From a bacterium (lineage in GTDB: Bacteria; Patescibacteriota; Minisyncoccia; UBA6257; JAGOQP01), in NCBI GenBank assembly GCA_021812345.1, contig JAKANP010000004.1, positions 1 through 59,310 of the forward strand: 59,310 nt of DNA, written 5' to 3'. Positions 7,596 to 16,609 of this stretch are shown in pieces. The position numbers were made by a program, and so were the translations under genes. Within the stretch, counting starts at the first letter, position 1. Every line of letters begins with the position of its first letter. The notes under the pieces were generated by a model that made no database searches, was not told the DNA's origin, and saw only the letters and a program-made list of their open reading frames with translations.

Positions 7596-7766
7596 TAATT
7601 AAAAATTGTTTAATTAACAAAAACCGCTTTTAAAAATTAAGGCGGTTTTTTGTTGACGGAATTTGTTTTGTTTATCGTTTGATAAGAGCGGTTTTCAATG
7701 GTGGTCATTTATCCACATCTTTTTTTTCTTTTGTGTTATAATAAATTAAAATTAATTAAACAATTT

Positions 7767-8177
7767 ATGGATAAAAAAACAATTTACGCGATAGTGGCTT
7801 TGGTCGTCGTCGGGTTGGGGGTAGGATTGTATTTTGGGTTTTATAATAAAAGTTCAAAGAGTAATCAAAATAGTCAATCTTCATCGCCAGTCCAAAAATT
7901 ATCTATTGATCAGGCCTCAAAATTCTTTTCGGACAAGCAAATTGTTTTTGATTCAAATTGCAAACCAACTCCGGATAAGCTGACCGTAAAAAATAATTCG
8001 GCAATTATGATAGTTAATCAGGGGAAGAACAACACTACTTTTTCTTTGGATCAAACAACTTTTTCGATTGCTGCCGGTCAGTATAAATTAACCACCGTTT
8101 CCAGAAAAACATTACCGGCCACAATACTTGTCGGATGCGGAGCTGATAAAACGGCGGCTTCAATTATTGTTCAATAA
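7767..8177 (+). CDS. Hypothetical signal-anchored protein (start moved to an internal ATG)
   Basis: An extended -10 TGtTATAAT (7734-7742) lies downstream of the ORF-track start at 7698. The protein from ATG 7767 begins MDKKTIYAIVALVVVGLGVGLYFGF (TM). The C-terminal beta-rich region is vaguely cupredoxin-like. Confidence 0.6.
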   Translation: MDKKTIYAIVALVVVGLGVGLYFGFYNKSSKSNQNSQSSSPVQKLSIDQASKFFSDKQIVFDSNCKPTPDKLTVKNNSAIMIVNQGKNNTTFSLDQTTFSIAAGQYKLTTVSRKTLPATILVGCGADKTAASIIVQ

Positions 8178-8193
8178 ATAAAATTTTATAAAC

Positions 8194-11100
8194 TTGAAAT
8201 TATCACTTTCCAAAAATCAAGCGTTCACACTAGTTGAACTCATTGTAGTCATCGGTGTAATTTCTGTTTTATCTGCGGCAACTTTAATTTATTTAAATCC
8301 GGTTCAATATCTTAAGCAGTCAAGAGATTCTGTGAGGTCTCAGGATTTAACCACTTTAAATAACGATATTAATTTTGGTGAATCTCAGGGTATAGTCACT
8401 TATCCCAATACTACTTCTACGCTTTATGTTTCCTTGGTTGACCCGGGTTCATCTTCCTGCGCTGATTTGGGACTTCCGGCATTAAGCGGTGGTTGGCAAT
8501 ATCATTGTGTAACCAGCACCGATAGTTTGGACAAAACAGACGGCACCGGATGGTTGCCCATAAATCTTTCCAATATTATGGGAAGTTTTTATTTAACCAA
8601 TCTTCCGATCGATCCGATAAACACCACTTCTTCTTGTGAATACACAATGTTTGCTTATCAGGATTCTCAAAATTGGGAACTGGCGACAAGATTTGAATCG
8701 GATAAATTTATCGCTTCATTTCCGGCAAGTGACGGGGGAGCGAGTGATATTTTGTATGAAAAAGGAAAGAATATAACAATAATGCCTTCTTTTACCTGCA
8801 CCCCAACAAGTGGTGGGGGCGGAGTGATTAATCCAACCGTAACTATATCGCCAACTAATTCAACTGTTCAGCCTTATAGCGGACCATCAATACCGGCAGA
8901 TGGCGGGTCTGGAGGTACAATTTATTTCACAATAAGAGATACAAGCAACAACCCTGTTTCCGGAGCAACAATTACCTGCTCTGCCAGTCCTTCTACCGGA
9001 GCTTCGTTTAATTATTACGGACCAAATAGCCCAGCTTCCGGAACTACCGATGCGAGTGGAAATGGATGGTGCTCTGTTTCTTCAACTGCCGTTGAAACAA
9101 AAACAGTTTCCGTTACTGCTCAACTTGGCTCCGATACGCCTGTTACTTTAAGCCAAACAGCCGATGTTCCTTTTATTGATCCTGCTGTTGTTGCAAATTC
9201 AAATTTAAATTTTCCAAATGGAACTTCTGCGCCGGCGGATGGCGTCACTCTTATTAATGCCGTTCTTACGGCAAACAATTCCAATAATCAACCTGTTCCC
9301 AATGTCAGAACTTTTTGCAATATTAGTGGTTTAAACGGAGCAACATTAACCGGAGTTACGGTTATCGGCGATGGGGCGTTTACTGATTCAAACGGTCAAG
9401 TAACTTGCGGTTTTGCTTCAACTCAAGTTGGTAGCTATTCTGTTTCAATTACGATGGGTAATGATACTATGGGACCGCAAACAATTTCGTTTACTAATTT
9501 TGCGGGCGTAACAATTTCCCCATCACTTTCAACGGTTTATGTTTATGACGCACAAAGAAGCTTGCCGATAAATGGAGCTACCGGTCAGGTTTATATTCAT
9601 ATAATTGATACTACCGGAGCAAATGTTCCGAGCGCCGAAGTTCAGGTAATAACCGACAGACCGAATTATGATGTGATAACTCAGCCCAACGGCGTAACTG
9701 ATTCCGGAGGTGGAGCTGTTGGAAATTTTAGTTCTACGGTAGTTGGCACAAGCACTATTTCGGTTCAGGCTAGGCTCGGATCTGGAGGTTCTTGGGTTTT
9801 GTTGAGTCAAACAGTGGCAATATCGTTTACTAATGGAGTTGACCACACGACATTGACTTATTCTCCATCAAATTTGCAAGCTCCGGCTGATGGAATTTCG
9901 GTTATTAAATTTACGTTAACTGCTTACGATGTAAATAATGTTCCGGTTCCGAATGCGGCTATGGATTGCGGAGCCAATCCAAATAATGGAGAGATTCAAG
10001 TTTTTGGTGCCGGCGGATCCACGGACGCTAATGGCCAGATAACTTGTATGTTTGCGTCAACCGTTCCCGAAACAAGCCAATTTTATTTTATCAATTCATC
10101 CAACGTTACCGTTCAATCTAAAAATATGACTTTTGTTGCCGTATCCGGAAATGTAACGAGCACATTTGTTATTAACAAATCTCAAGCTTTGCCGGATGGT
10201 AGTGACAGCATAACCGGAACGATGACTATGGTTGACAGTAATGGAGTCCCTCAATCAGGGGTGCAATTTGAGTGTAAGATTGGAACAAGCGCGAATGCAT
10301 GGACTAATTATCCGAATGGAAATTTTACCGACGCAAACGGACAAGCGGTTTGCTCGGTCCAGGATTCGGTTGAAGAAACTTTTAATTTTTCAGCATGGAC
10401 AGCTCCATCGAATAGAGATTTTCAAGTTCAGGTTGGCCCCAGCAGGAGCGTGACATTTACAAATTCTCCAACAACCGGAGTGGTTTCTTCTGCGGCGTCG
10501 TCCGTTACCGTCTCGCCGACATCACTTCAAGCTAATGGCTCCAGTTTGGCAACTGTTACTGTTATTCTTAAAGACGATTCCGGGAATCCGATTTCGGGAG
10601 TTGTTCCAGATGTGTCAGTTAGTGGAAGCGGAAATACAGTAACTCTTTCTCCTCAAGCGACAGATGCCAACGGCTCTTCTACGATGCAATTTAATTCAAA
10701 CGTTGCGGAAACAAAAACTATAACAACTATTGCCAGTGGGGTTACTCTTAGTGATCAACCGACGGTCATATTTACTTCCGTTTCCAATCCGTCGCTGTCA
10801 GCTTCAAATTCAACTGTTACTGTAGATAAAACTTCAGCAGTAGCTGACGGTGTTGATGCGATTACGGCGACAATTACACTCAAAGATAGTTTAAATAATC
10901 CTATTTCCGGAGTTCAATCAACTTGTAACGTAACGGGGAGCAATAATGCGGTTTCAACGCCAAATCTGACAGATTCCAATGGGCAGGCCGTCTGCGTAAT
11001 AACTTCAACCAATCCCGAAAGTAAAACAATTTCGGTTGATGCCGGGAGCAATGCGACTTTGCTTAGCGACAGTTTCGAAACCAATCCTTTGACCGGATGG

Positions 11101-13362
11101 ACCAGTGCGTCTGTTAACGGATCTAGCGCTAATTGGACTCAAACCGATAGAACTGATTTTGGCGGTCCTCAGCAAGGAACTTATATGATGGATTTTAATT
11201 CGTATTATGCTAATTCGGGAGATTCTGCTCGATTATACGCGAGTTCCGGATTTGCTTTTCCGGATGCTTACACGCCGATTAATGTTTCTTTCTGGATGTA
11301 TCATGAAACAAGTTGGGATACTGCCAGAGATAGCGTCCAGGTTCAAGTTTCTACTGACGGAGGAACTACTTGGCAGAATGTGGGTTCTCCGGTTTATCGT
11401 TATGATGGAACAACTCAGTGGACTGAACATACGGTTAGCCTTACCGGAATTTCCGGTTCGACCAGTAATGTTTTGATTGGATTTTTGGGAACAGCCGATT
11501 ATGGAAATGATGAGTTTATAGATAATGTTCAAGTGGTGGCGTCTCCAGTCACTCTAAATAATCAGCCGGTTGTAGGTTTTATTTCCACCGTGTCTGTGTC
11601 GGCCATCAATTCAACCGTCACTGTAGATAAAACTTCAGCATCGGCCGACGGTGTTGATGCTATCACCGCAACAATAACTCTTTTAGATGATTCCAGCACT
11701 CCAATTTCAGGAGTTCAGTCGACTTGTAATGTTACGGGAAGCAATAATACGGTTTCAACTCCGAACCTAACCGATTCAAACGGTCAAACCGTTTGTGTAA
11801 TAACTTCAACAACGGCTGAAGATAAAACAATAACAGTAACTGCCAGCGGAACGACGCTAAATCAGTCTCAAGTGGTTACGTTTGCCAATGCTCCGATTAT
11901 CACCGCCGGTCCTAATGCGACGACTACTCAAACGACGGCGACTATTACTTGGTCAACGGATCAACTTTCCGATTCCCAGGTTAATTACGGTACTGCTACT
12001 TCCAGTTATTCTAATTCATCGTCACTGGATTCCAATTTGGTTAATAATCACTCGGTTACTATTTCCGGTCTCACTCCATACACCACCTATCATTTTCAGG
12101 TCGTCTCAAAAGATTCGTTGGGATTACAATTATTATCAGGCGATTATTCGTTCACTACAAATTATTGGGGAGTAGTAATAAACAATTCCTATAATCCGGA
12201 GGCTATTTCAGTTAGTCAATCATCGGATGGGTCATACGCAATTCTCGGAAAAAATGCTTATTCGTCTTTGCTTGGTTCTATGGTATCAAGTACCGTTTTT
12301 AAATTGACGCCCGGCGGAATCCTAGATACCAGTTTTGGCACCGGAGGGTTTACTAATCTGAATTATGATCCGTCATATATAAAACAACTTTCGGATGGAA
12401 GTTATGTTATTGGCGGTAGATATAGTTGGCCCATGACAGTTGATAAATATCCCGCAACCGGAATTATAAAAATAAATTCAAATGGTTCATTGGATTCCAG
12501 TTTTGGTAATGGCGGCTATTCGCAATCGCTTAGGGCAGGCACTGGTTATTATCCTGATGGACAAGTAGAACAAACTTCAGATGGCGGATATATTATTGCA
12601 GTGGGTTATGCTGATAAAATATTATCAAACGGATCTAGTGACCAATCATTTGGTGTTAATGGTAGTTCTACTATATTTTGTAATGGAGATTTAGGTATTT
12701 TGTCCGCCCAAACTCCTCGTTGCGCAGGGCGCATGCCTAATGACGTATACCAACTTTCGGGAGGGGGATATATATATGTTGGAAATCAGAACTTGAGCTC
12801 TGTTCCGGGATACCCGAGTGGTGATAGAATTATGATTGCAAGAGTCCTTTCAGATGGAAAAACTCTTGACACATCATTTGGTATCAACGGATCATCAACT
12901 GACCTATTACCTAGCCAAGTTGGGTCGGATGACGCTGGGTCTTCTGTTCAATCGTCAGATGGTGGATATGTCATAGCGGGTTATGACAGTAATTATAATA
13001 TATTTTTAATCAAGTTTACTTCTGGTGGCCAATTGGATACGAGTTTTGGTATCAATGCCAGTACAACTCATATGAGTGCCGGTACTGCAAAGTCATTTGT
13101 AAGAAATACGTCTGATGGCGGATATTTGCTTTTCGCTGGCGATGGCCATGTCTATAAATATAATTCTAACGGTTCACTCGATGTCTCGTTTGGAAATAAT
13201 GGGCTTGATGATTTGGGCAACACGCAGGGTAGTTTGTTTGCGCATGTAGATGATGTAAGACAAACACTTGATGGCGGATATATTGCCGTAGGGGGAGATA
13301 AATCATACACTCGTATGTATATATTAAAGTTGGATAATCATGGCAATCCTACAAATTTTTAG
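8194..13362 (+). CDS. Giant type IV pilin-like (prepilin N-terminus) adhesin with Ig-like, MAM/choice-of-anchor-J-like, FN3-like and delta-60 repeat modules
   Basis: TTG start. MKLSLSKNQA|FTLVELIVVIGVISVLSAATLIYL is a class III prepilin signal with F+1/E+5 and a hydrophobic helix. Downstream: many Ig-like repeats (...ADG.D.IT.T.TL.D....P.SG...), a module DSFE..GW...VSTDGGTTW...IDNVQV, an FN3-like ITWSTDQLSDSQVNYG...YTTYHFQV, and six LD(T/S)SFG.(N/G)G repeats at the C-terminus. Confidence 0.8.
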   Translation: MKLSLSKNQAFTLVELIVVIGVISVLSAATLIYLNPVQYLKQSRDSVRSQDLTTLNNDINFGESQGIVTYPNTTSTLYVSLVDPGSSSCADLGLPALSGGWQYHCVTSTDSLDKTDGTGWLPINLSNIMGSFYLTNLPIDPINTTSSCEYTMFAYQDSQNWELATRFESDKFIASFPASDGGASDILYEKGKNITIMPSFTCTPTSGGGGVINPTVTISPTNSTVQPYSGPSIPADGGSGGTIYFTIRDTSNNPVSGATITCSASPSTGASFNYYGPNSPASGTTDASGNGWCSVSSTAVETKTVSVTAQLGSDTPVTLSQTADVPFIDPAVVANSNLNFPNGTSAPADGVTLINAVLTANNSNNQPVPNVRTFCNISGLNGATLTGVTVIGDGAFTDSNGQVTCGFASTQVGSYSVSITMGNDTMGPQTISFTNFAGVTISPSLSTVYVYDAQRSLPINGATGQVYIHIIDTTGANVPSAEVQVITDRPNYDVITQPNGVTDSGGGAVGNFSSTVVGTSTISVQARLGSGGSWVLLSQTVAISFTNGVDHTTLTYSPSNLQAPADGISVIKFTLTAYDVNNVPVPNAAMDCGANPNNGEIQVFGAGGSTDANGQITCMFASTVPETSQFYFINSSNVTVQSKNMTFVAVSGNVTSTFVINKSQALPDGSDSITGTMTMVDSNGVPQSGVQFECKIGTSANAWTNYPNGNFTDANGQAVCSVQDSVEETFNFSAWTAPSNRDFQVQVGPSRSVTFTNSPTTGVVSSAASSVTVSPTSLQANGSSLATVTVILKDDSGNPISGVVPDVSVSGSGNTVTLSPQATDANGSSTMQFNSNVAETKTITTIASGVTLSDQPTVIFTSVSNPSLSASNSTVTVDKTSAVADGVDAITATITLKDSLNNPISGVQSTCNVTGSNNAVSTPNLTDSNGQAVCVITSTNPESKTISVDAGSNATLLSDSFETNPLTGWTSASVNGSSANWTQTDRTDFGGPQQGTYMMDFNSYYANSGDSARLYASSGFAFPDAYTPINVSFWMYHETSWDTARDSVQVQVSTDGGTTWQNVGSPVYRYDGTTQWTEHTVSLTGISGSTSNVLIGFLGTADYGNDEFIDNVQVVASPVTLNNQPVVGFISTVSVSAINSTVTVDKTSASADGVDAITATITLLDDSSTPISGVQSTCNVTGSNNTVSTPNLTDSNGQTVCVITSTTAEDKTITVTASGTTLNQSQVVTFANAPIITAGPNATTTQTTATITWSTDQLSDSQVNYGTATSSYSNSSSLDSNLVNNHSVTISGLTPYTTYHFQVVSKDSLGLQLLSGDYSFTTNYWGVVINNSYNPEAISVSQSSDGSYAILGKNAYSSLLGSMVSSTVFKLTPGGILDTSFGTGGFTNLNYDPSYIKQLSDGSYVIGGRYSWPMTVDKYPATGIIKINSNGSLDSSFGNGGYSQSLRAGTGYYPDGQVEQTSDGGYIIAVGYADKILSNGSSDQSFGVNGSSTIFCNGDLGILSAQTPRCAGRMPNDVYQLSGGGYIYVGNQNLSSVPGYPSGDRIMIARVLSDGKTLDTSFGINGSSTDLLPSQVGSDDAGSSVQSSDGGYVIAGYDSNYNIFLIKFTSGGQLDTSFGINASTTHMSAGTAKSFVRNTSDGGYLLFAGDGHVYKYNSNGSLDVSFGNNGLDDLGNTQGSLFAHVDDVRQTLDGGYIAVGGDKSYTRMYILKLDNHGNPTNF
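10807..11040 (+). repeat. Intragenic repeat copy A (Ig-like module) in the giant pilin gene
   Basis: AATTCAACTGTTACTGTAGATAAAACTTCAGCA... encodes NSTVTVDKTSAVADGVDAITATITLKDSLNNPISGVQSTCNVTGSNNAVSTPNLTDSNGQAVCVITST. It is nearly the same as copy B, 801 bp downstream. Confidence 0.85.
11608..11845 (+). repeat. Intragenic repeat copy B (Ig-like module) in the giant pilin gene
   Basis: Encodes NSTVTVDKTSASADGVDAITATITLLDDSSTPISGVQSTCNVTGSNNTVSTPNLTDSNGQTVCVITST. The two copies bracket the MAM/choice-of-anchor-J-like module. Confidence 0.85.
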
Positions 13363-13814
13363 TTAAACACAACAGTTACTCCATTATTTAATTTCTAACT
13401 CAAGCAATTAAAGGGGTTTTTATATTAAAGAGGTTAATCCTCTGTGCAGGTTTAAATTCCGCTCTCTCTGCAAAATAAAATACCACCCTTGTGGCGGTTT
13501 TATTTTATAGCAGAAGGAAGTAATTTTGCTTTAATACTTAATTTTATTTATTTGCGATAAGGAAAAAAGAAAAGACGCCTCAGGAAGGCGTCTTTAGTGA
13601 GTGTGCTGGTATTGGGTAAAACCCAAAAAATAAAAAGTGCTTGATTGCTAGGAAAGCTCCCAGCGGGCGTGTGGTTGAGGCAAAGCCATATTTACCACGT
13701 ATTCATTATAGCACACTTTTTTATTTTGCTGTGGATAACTTTATTATTTTTTTTGCGGATGATTATAAGCCAGTTGCCAAGAGGTTATTTTTCTGTTATT
13801 CTTTGAATCAAATT

Positions 13815-15302
13815 ATGCCTTCTATTAAATCGCAAAACGCGGGGCAAAAACCGCTTAATAATCCAACCCAAAAACCCCGTCCGCCGATAGTGGTGGTAAT
13901 GGGGCACGTTGACCACGGCAAAACGACTCTTTTGGATTATATCCGCAAAACAAAAATTGCCGAAAGAGAAGCCGGCGGAATTACGCAATCAATCGGCGCT
14001 TATGAGATAGAAAAAAATGGTCAGAAAATAACTTTTATTGATACGCCGGGTCACGAAGCTTTTATGAAAATGCGTCAGCGCGGAGCTCACATTGCCGATA
14101 TTGGAATCTTGGTTATTGCCGCCGATGACGGAGTTAAACCTCAGACCGAAGAGTCTATTGATATTTTGCAGAATTCAAAAACTCCTTTTATTGTCGCGAT
14201 AAATAAAGTTGATAAAAATAACGCCGATATCGAAAAAACAAAAAATGATTTGCTAAAGCACGGAGTTTTTTTGGAAGGATTTGGAGGAAATGTTTCCTGG
14301 CAGGCGATTTCGGCAAAGCAAGGCGAGGGCGTGGATGAACTTTTAGATTTGGTTTTATTGATGTGGCAATTGGAAAATCCGACTTATAATCCGGAAGGCG
14401 TAGCCAAAGGATTTGTAATTGAAGCGGAGCTTGATAGTAGGAGGGGTATTTTAGCGTCAGTTATTGTGGTTGATGGAGTGTTAAAGTTCGGAGATGACAT
14501 CGCCACTCCCACTGCTTTTGGAAAAGTTAAAGTTTTGGAAAACTTTTTGGGAAAAAGAGTTGATGAACTTCATCCATCAAGTCCGGCATTAGTTGTTGGT
14601 TTTGAATCGTTGCCTTCAATAGGTCAGTCTTTCACTGCCGGAAAATTGGAATTGGAAACGGCTCCAAACTCTCAAATTGAAGAAAAGAAGAAAAATCCCA
14701 TTATCCAAAAAGAAGTCAACGACAATATGATAAATGTGATTATTAAGGCTGATGTATCCGGTTCGCTTGAGGCGCTTTTGCAGATTATCGGTAGCTTGGA
14801 TATTGACGGCAAAAAATTTAAAATTGTTTCAGAAAGTATCGGAGAGATAAATGACAGCGATGTAAAACTTGCATCAACTGCCAACGCGTTAATTGTCGGA
14901 TTTAATACGAGGATTGTTAAGTCGGCCGACAATCTGGCAAGAGGGCAAAATGTAAAAATTGTTTCTTCCGATATTATTTACAGATTAATTGAGTCGTTGG
15001 AAAAAATTGTCAAAGGTGAAAGCGATTCTCAGGGCGAGCCGACGATGGAAGTTCTGGCGCTTTTTAGTCAAAAAAATAAAAAGCAGCTTATTGGAGGAAA
15101 GATTATTTCCGGAATTTTTACATTAAATCAAAAAATAAATATCAAAAGAAACGGGCAGTCGCTTGGTTTCGGAAGAATTGAAAGTTTAAGACAGGGGAAG
15201 TCCGTAGTTAAAAAAGTTTCCGAAGGGGAATTTGGGATTATGATAGAATCACCTACAATGGCTCAAGTTGGCGATTTGATTTCAATTGAATACGCCAAAT
15301 AA
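13815..15302 (+). CDS. infB: Translation initiation factor IF-2 (short form lacking a long N-terminal region)
   Basis: G-domain motifs VVVMGHVDHGKTTLLD, DTPGHEAF and NKVD, with rbfA immediately downstream. The start is set at ATG 13815 (MPSIKSQNAG...) because the 58 upstream codons of the ORF track are non-protein-like. Confidence 0.9.
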   Translation: MPSIKSQNAGQKPLNNPTQKPRPPIVVVMGHVDHGKTTLLDYIRKTKIAEREAGGITQSIGAYEIEKNGQKITFIDTPGHEAFMKMRQRGAHIADIGILVIAADDGVKPQTEESIDILQNSKTPFIVAINKVDKNNADIEKTKNDLLKHGVFLEGFGGNVSWQAISAKQGEGVDELLDLVLLMWQLENPTYNPEGVAKGFVIEAELDSRRGILASVIVVDGVLKFGDDIATPTAFGKVKVLENFLGKRVDELHPSSPALVVGFESLPSIGQSFTAGKLELETAPNSQIEEKKKNPIIQKEVNDNMINVIIKADVSGSLEALLQIIGSLDIDGKKFKIVSESIGEINDSDVKLASTANALIVGFNTRIVKSADNLARGQNVKIVSSDIIYRLIESLEKIVKGESDSQGEPTMEVLALFSQKNKKQLIGGKIISGIFTLNQKINIKRNGQSLGFGRIESLRQGKSVVKKVSEGEFGIMIESPTMAQVGDLISIEYAK

Positions 15303-15341
15303 TTTTTGTCATATAAATAAAATTATTTAATTTATTTTAAA

Positions 15342-15617
15342 ATGTCTCTTTATAGAAAACCTCGTTTAGAAAGTTTAATTCAGGAATTGATTTCAAAACA
15401 GATTGAAAAAACGATTGAAATGAATAATGTTTTGGTGACTGTTATGAGTGTGGACGTGGATGAGGGACACGATAAAACTATAGTCAATATCTCTGTTTTT
15501 CCCGACGATAAGAAAAAAGATGTCTTGATAAAATTAAGCAGTCAGGCGTCGGCGCTTGCTTGGTTTCTTTTAAAAAAAATAAGAATAAAAAAAATTCCGG
15601 AATTAATATTTAAATAG
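15342..15617 (+). CDS. rbfA: Ribosome-binding factor A
   Basis: 91 aa in the conserved position after infB. The N-terminal R..RLESLIQELISKQI pattern is typical of RbfA. Confidence 0.75.
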   Translation: MSLYRKPRLESLIQELISKQIEKTIEMNNVLVTVMSVDVDEGHDKTIVNISVFPDDKKKDVLIKLSSQASALAWFLLKKIRIKKIPELIFK

Positions 15618-15679
15618 AGCAAAATTGGACATTGGGTTCAAATTGCTGTTAAAATTAAAATAACGGTTTTAAAAGTTTG

Positions 15680-15751
15680 GGCGCGGTAGCCAAGTGGTAA
15701 GGCGAGGGTCTGCAAAACCCTTATGCGCGGGTTCAATTCCCGCCCGCGCCT
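15680..15751 (+). tRNA. tRNA-Cys (GCA)
   Basis: Acceptor GGCGCGG/CCGCGCC; anticodon arm AGGGT-CTGCAAA-ACCCT; T arm GCGGG-TTCAATT-CCCGC. CCA is not encoded. Confidence 0.9.
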
Positions 15752-15757
15752 CCGAAT

Positions 15758-15840
15758 GCTCGGGTGGCGGAATGGTATACGCGAAGGACTTAAAATCCTT
15801 TGATCGCAAGGTCGTGTGGGTTCGAGTCCCACCCCGAGCA
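15758..15840 (+). tRNA. tRNA-Leu (TAA), class II with long variable arm
   Basis: Acceptor GCTCGGG/CCCGAGC; anticodon arm AAGGA-CTTAAAA-TCCTT; long variable arm TGATCGCAAGGTCGT; T arm GTGGG-TTCGAGT-CCCAC. Confidence 0.92.
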
Positions 15841-16008
15841 CAATAAATAAAATCAAATTATTTCGGATTGATTTTATTTATATTGTGATTGGGTAAGGGA
15901 ATCGAATAGGGAGGGGGCGGGAGGCGCTTAGTCTCCCGTATAGGAAATTATTCAAAACCGATGGTTTTGAAAGAGTCCCGAGTTTGTCGAGGGACGACGT
16001 GAGAGTCC

Positions 16009-16037
16009 CCCCGAGCACAATAAATAAAATCAAATTA
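16009..16037 (+). repeat. Exact 29-nt direct repeat of the tRNA-Leu 3' end plus downstream flank
   Basis: CCCCGAGCACAATAAATAAAATCAAATTA occurs at 15832-15860 (tRNA-Leu 3' acceptor strand plus 20 nt) and again at 16009-16037. The second copy is preceded by a degenerate T-arm-like GAGAGTCCCC. Confidence 0.9.
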
Positions 16038-16052
16038 AAATAAATATAAATT

Positions 16053-16325
16053 ATGGGAAATTTTTGGATGTATGTTATATATTTTGGGACCGGAGTTCTT
16101 CAAGATATCGCAATAGCTCTTTATTATCGTTTTGTTGCCGATAAAAAAGCGGGGCTTTCGGCGACACTTTCTTCTATCACCACTTTAATCAATTTGACTA
16201 TTCTTTATGGAATATTAACTAATCTTACTCCGGATTCGGGAGTTTGGTTGATTATCACCTATGCTCTTGGAAATGGCGTTGGAGCTTATCTGGCTGTTAA
16301 ATTTTCAAAAGTTTTTGGAAAATAA
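16053..16325 (+). CDS. Small hypothetical membrane protein (about 3 TM)
   Basis: 90 aa and hydrophobic throughout (FWMYVIYFGTGVLQDIAIALYY..., LSSITTLINLTILYGIL, VWLIITYALGNGVGAYLAV). Confidence 0.6.
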   Translation: MGNFWMYVIYFGTGVLQDIAIALYYRFVADKKAGLSATLSSITTLINLTILYGILTNLTPDSGVWLIITYALGNGVGAYLAVKFSKVFGK

Positions 16326-16609
16326 ATTATTAGTTTTGAAAAATAGAAACAATTTTTTTTATTCCCCCTTTCCTAAAGGAGGTGGCCTGAACTTTGTCGA
16401 AGAGACTTGTCCTGAGCGGAGTCGAAGGACGGAGGATTTGTTGTTAGGGAGAGAATAAATCCCTCCCCATCCTACGGACGGTGCTCCCTTTAGAAAAGTG
16501 AGAATAAAATTTTTAAAAATGTCTTTTTTGACAGAGATTTTTTATGCTTGATTGATAAATCTTTTTTGGTATTCTTTATTCCAGAACATTAACACGCAAG
16601 GAGGAAAAA

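Noticed and set aside
7709-7717. Perfect DnaA-box-like TTATCCACA (also on the minus strand at 13731-13739, and TTATCCACT near 33349)
   Set aside because: These are single, widely separated boxes with no clustering, no adjacent dnaA or dnaN and no obvious DUE. They are expected by chance in 59 kb and are not evidence for oriC.
13641-13814. 58-codon N-terminal extension of the infB ORF in the six-frame track
   Set aside because: It starts at a non-ATG codon in the track and translates to non-protein-like text (YFAVDNFIIFFADDYKP...). It also overlaps a predicted minus-strand promoter. ATG 13815 gives a normal short IF-2.
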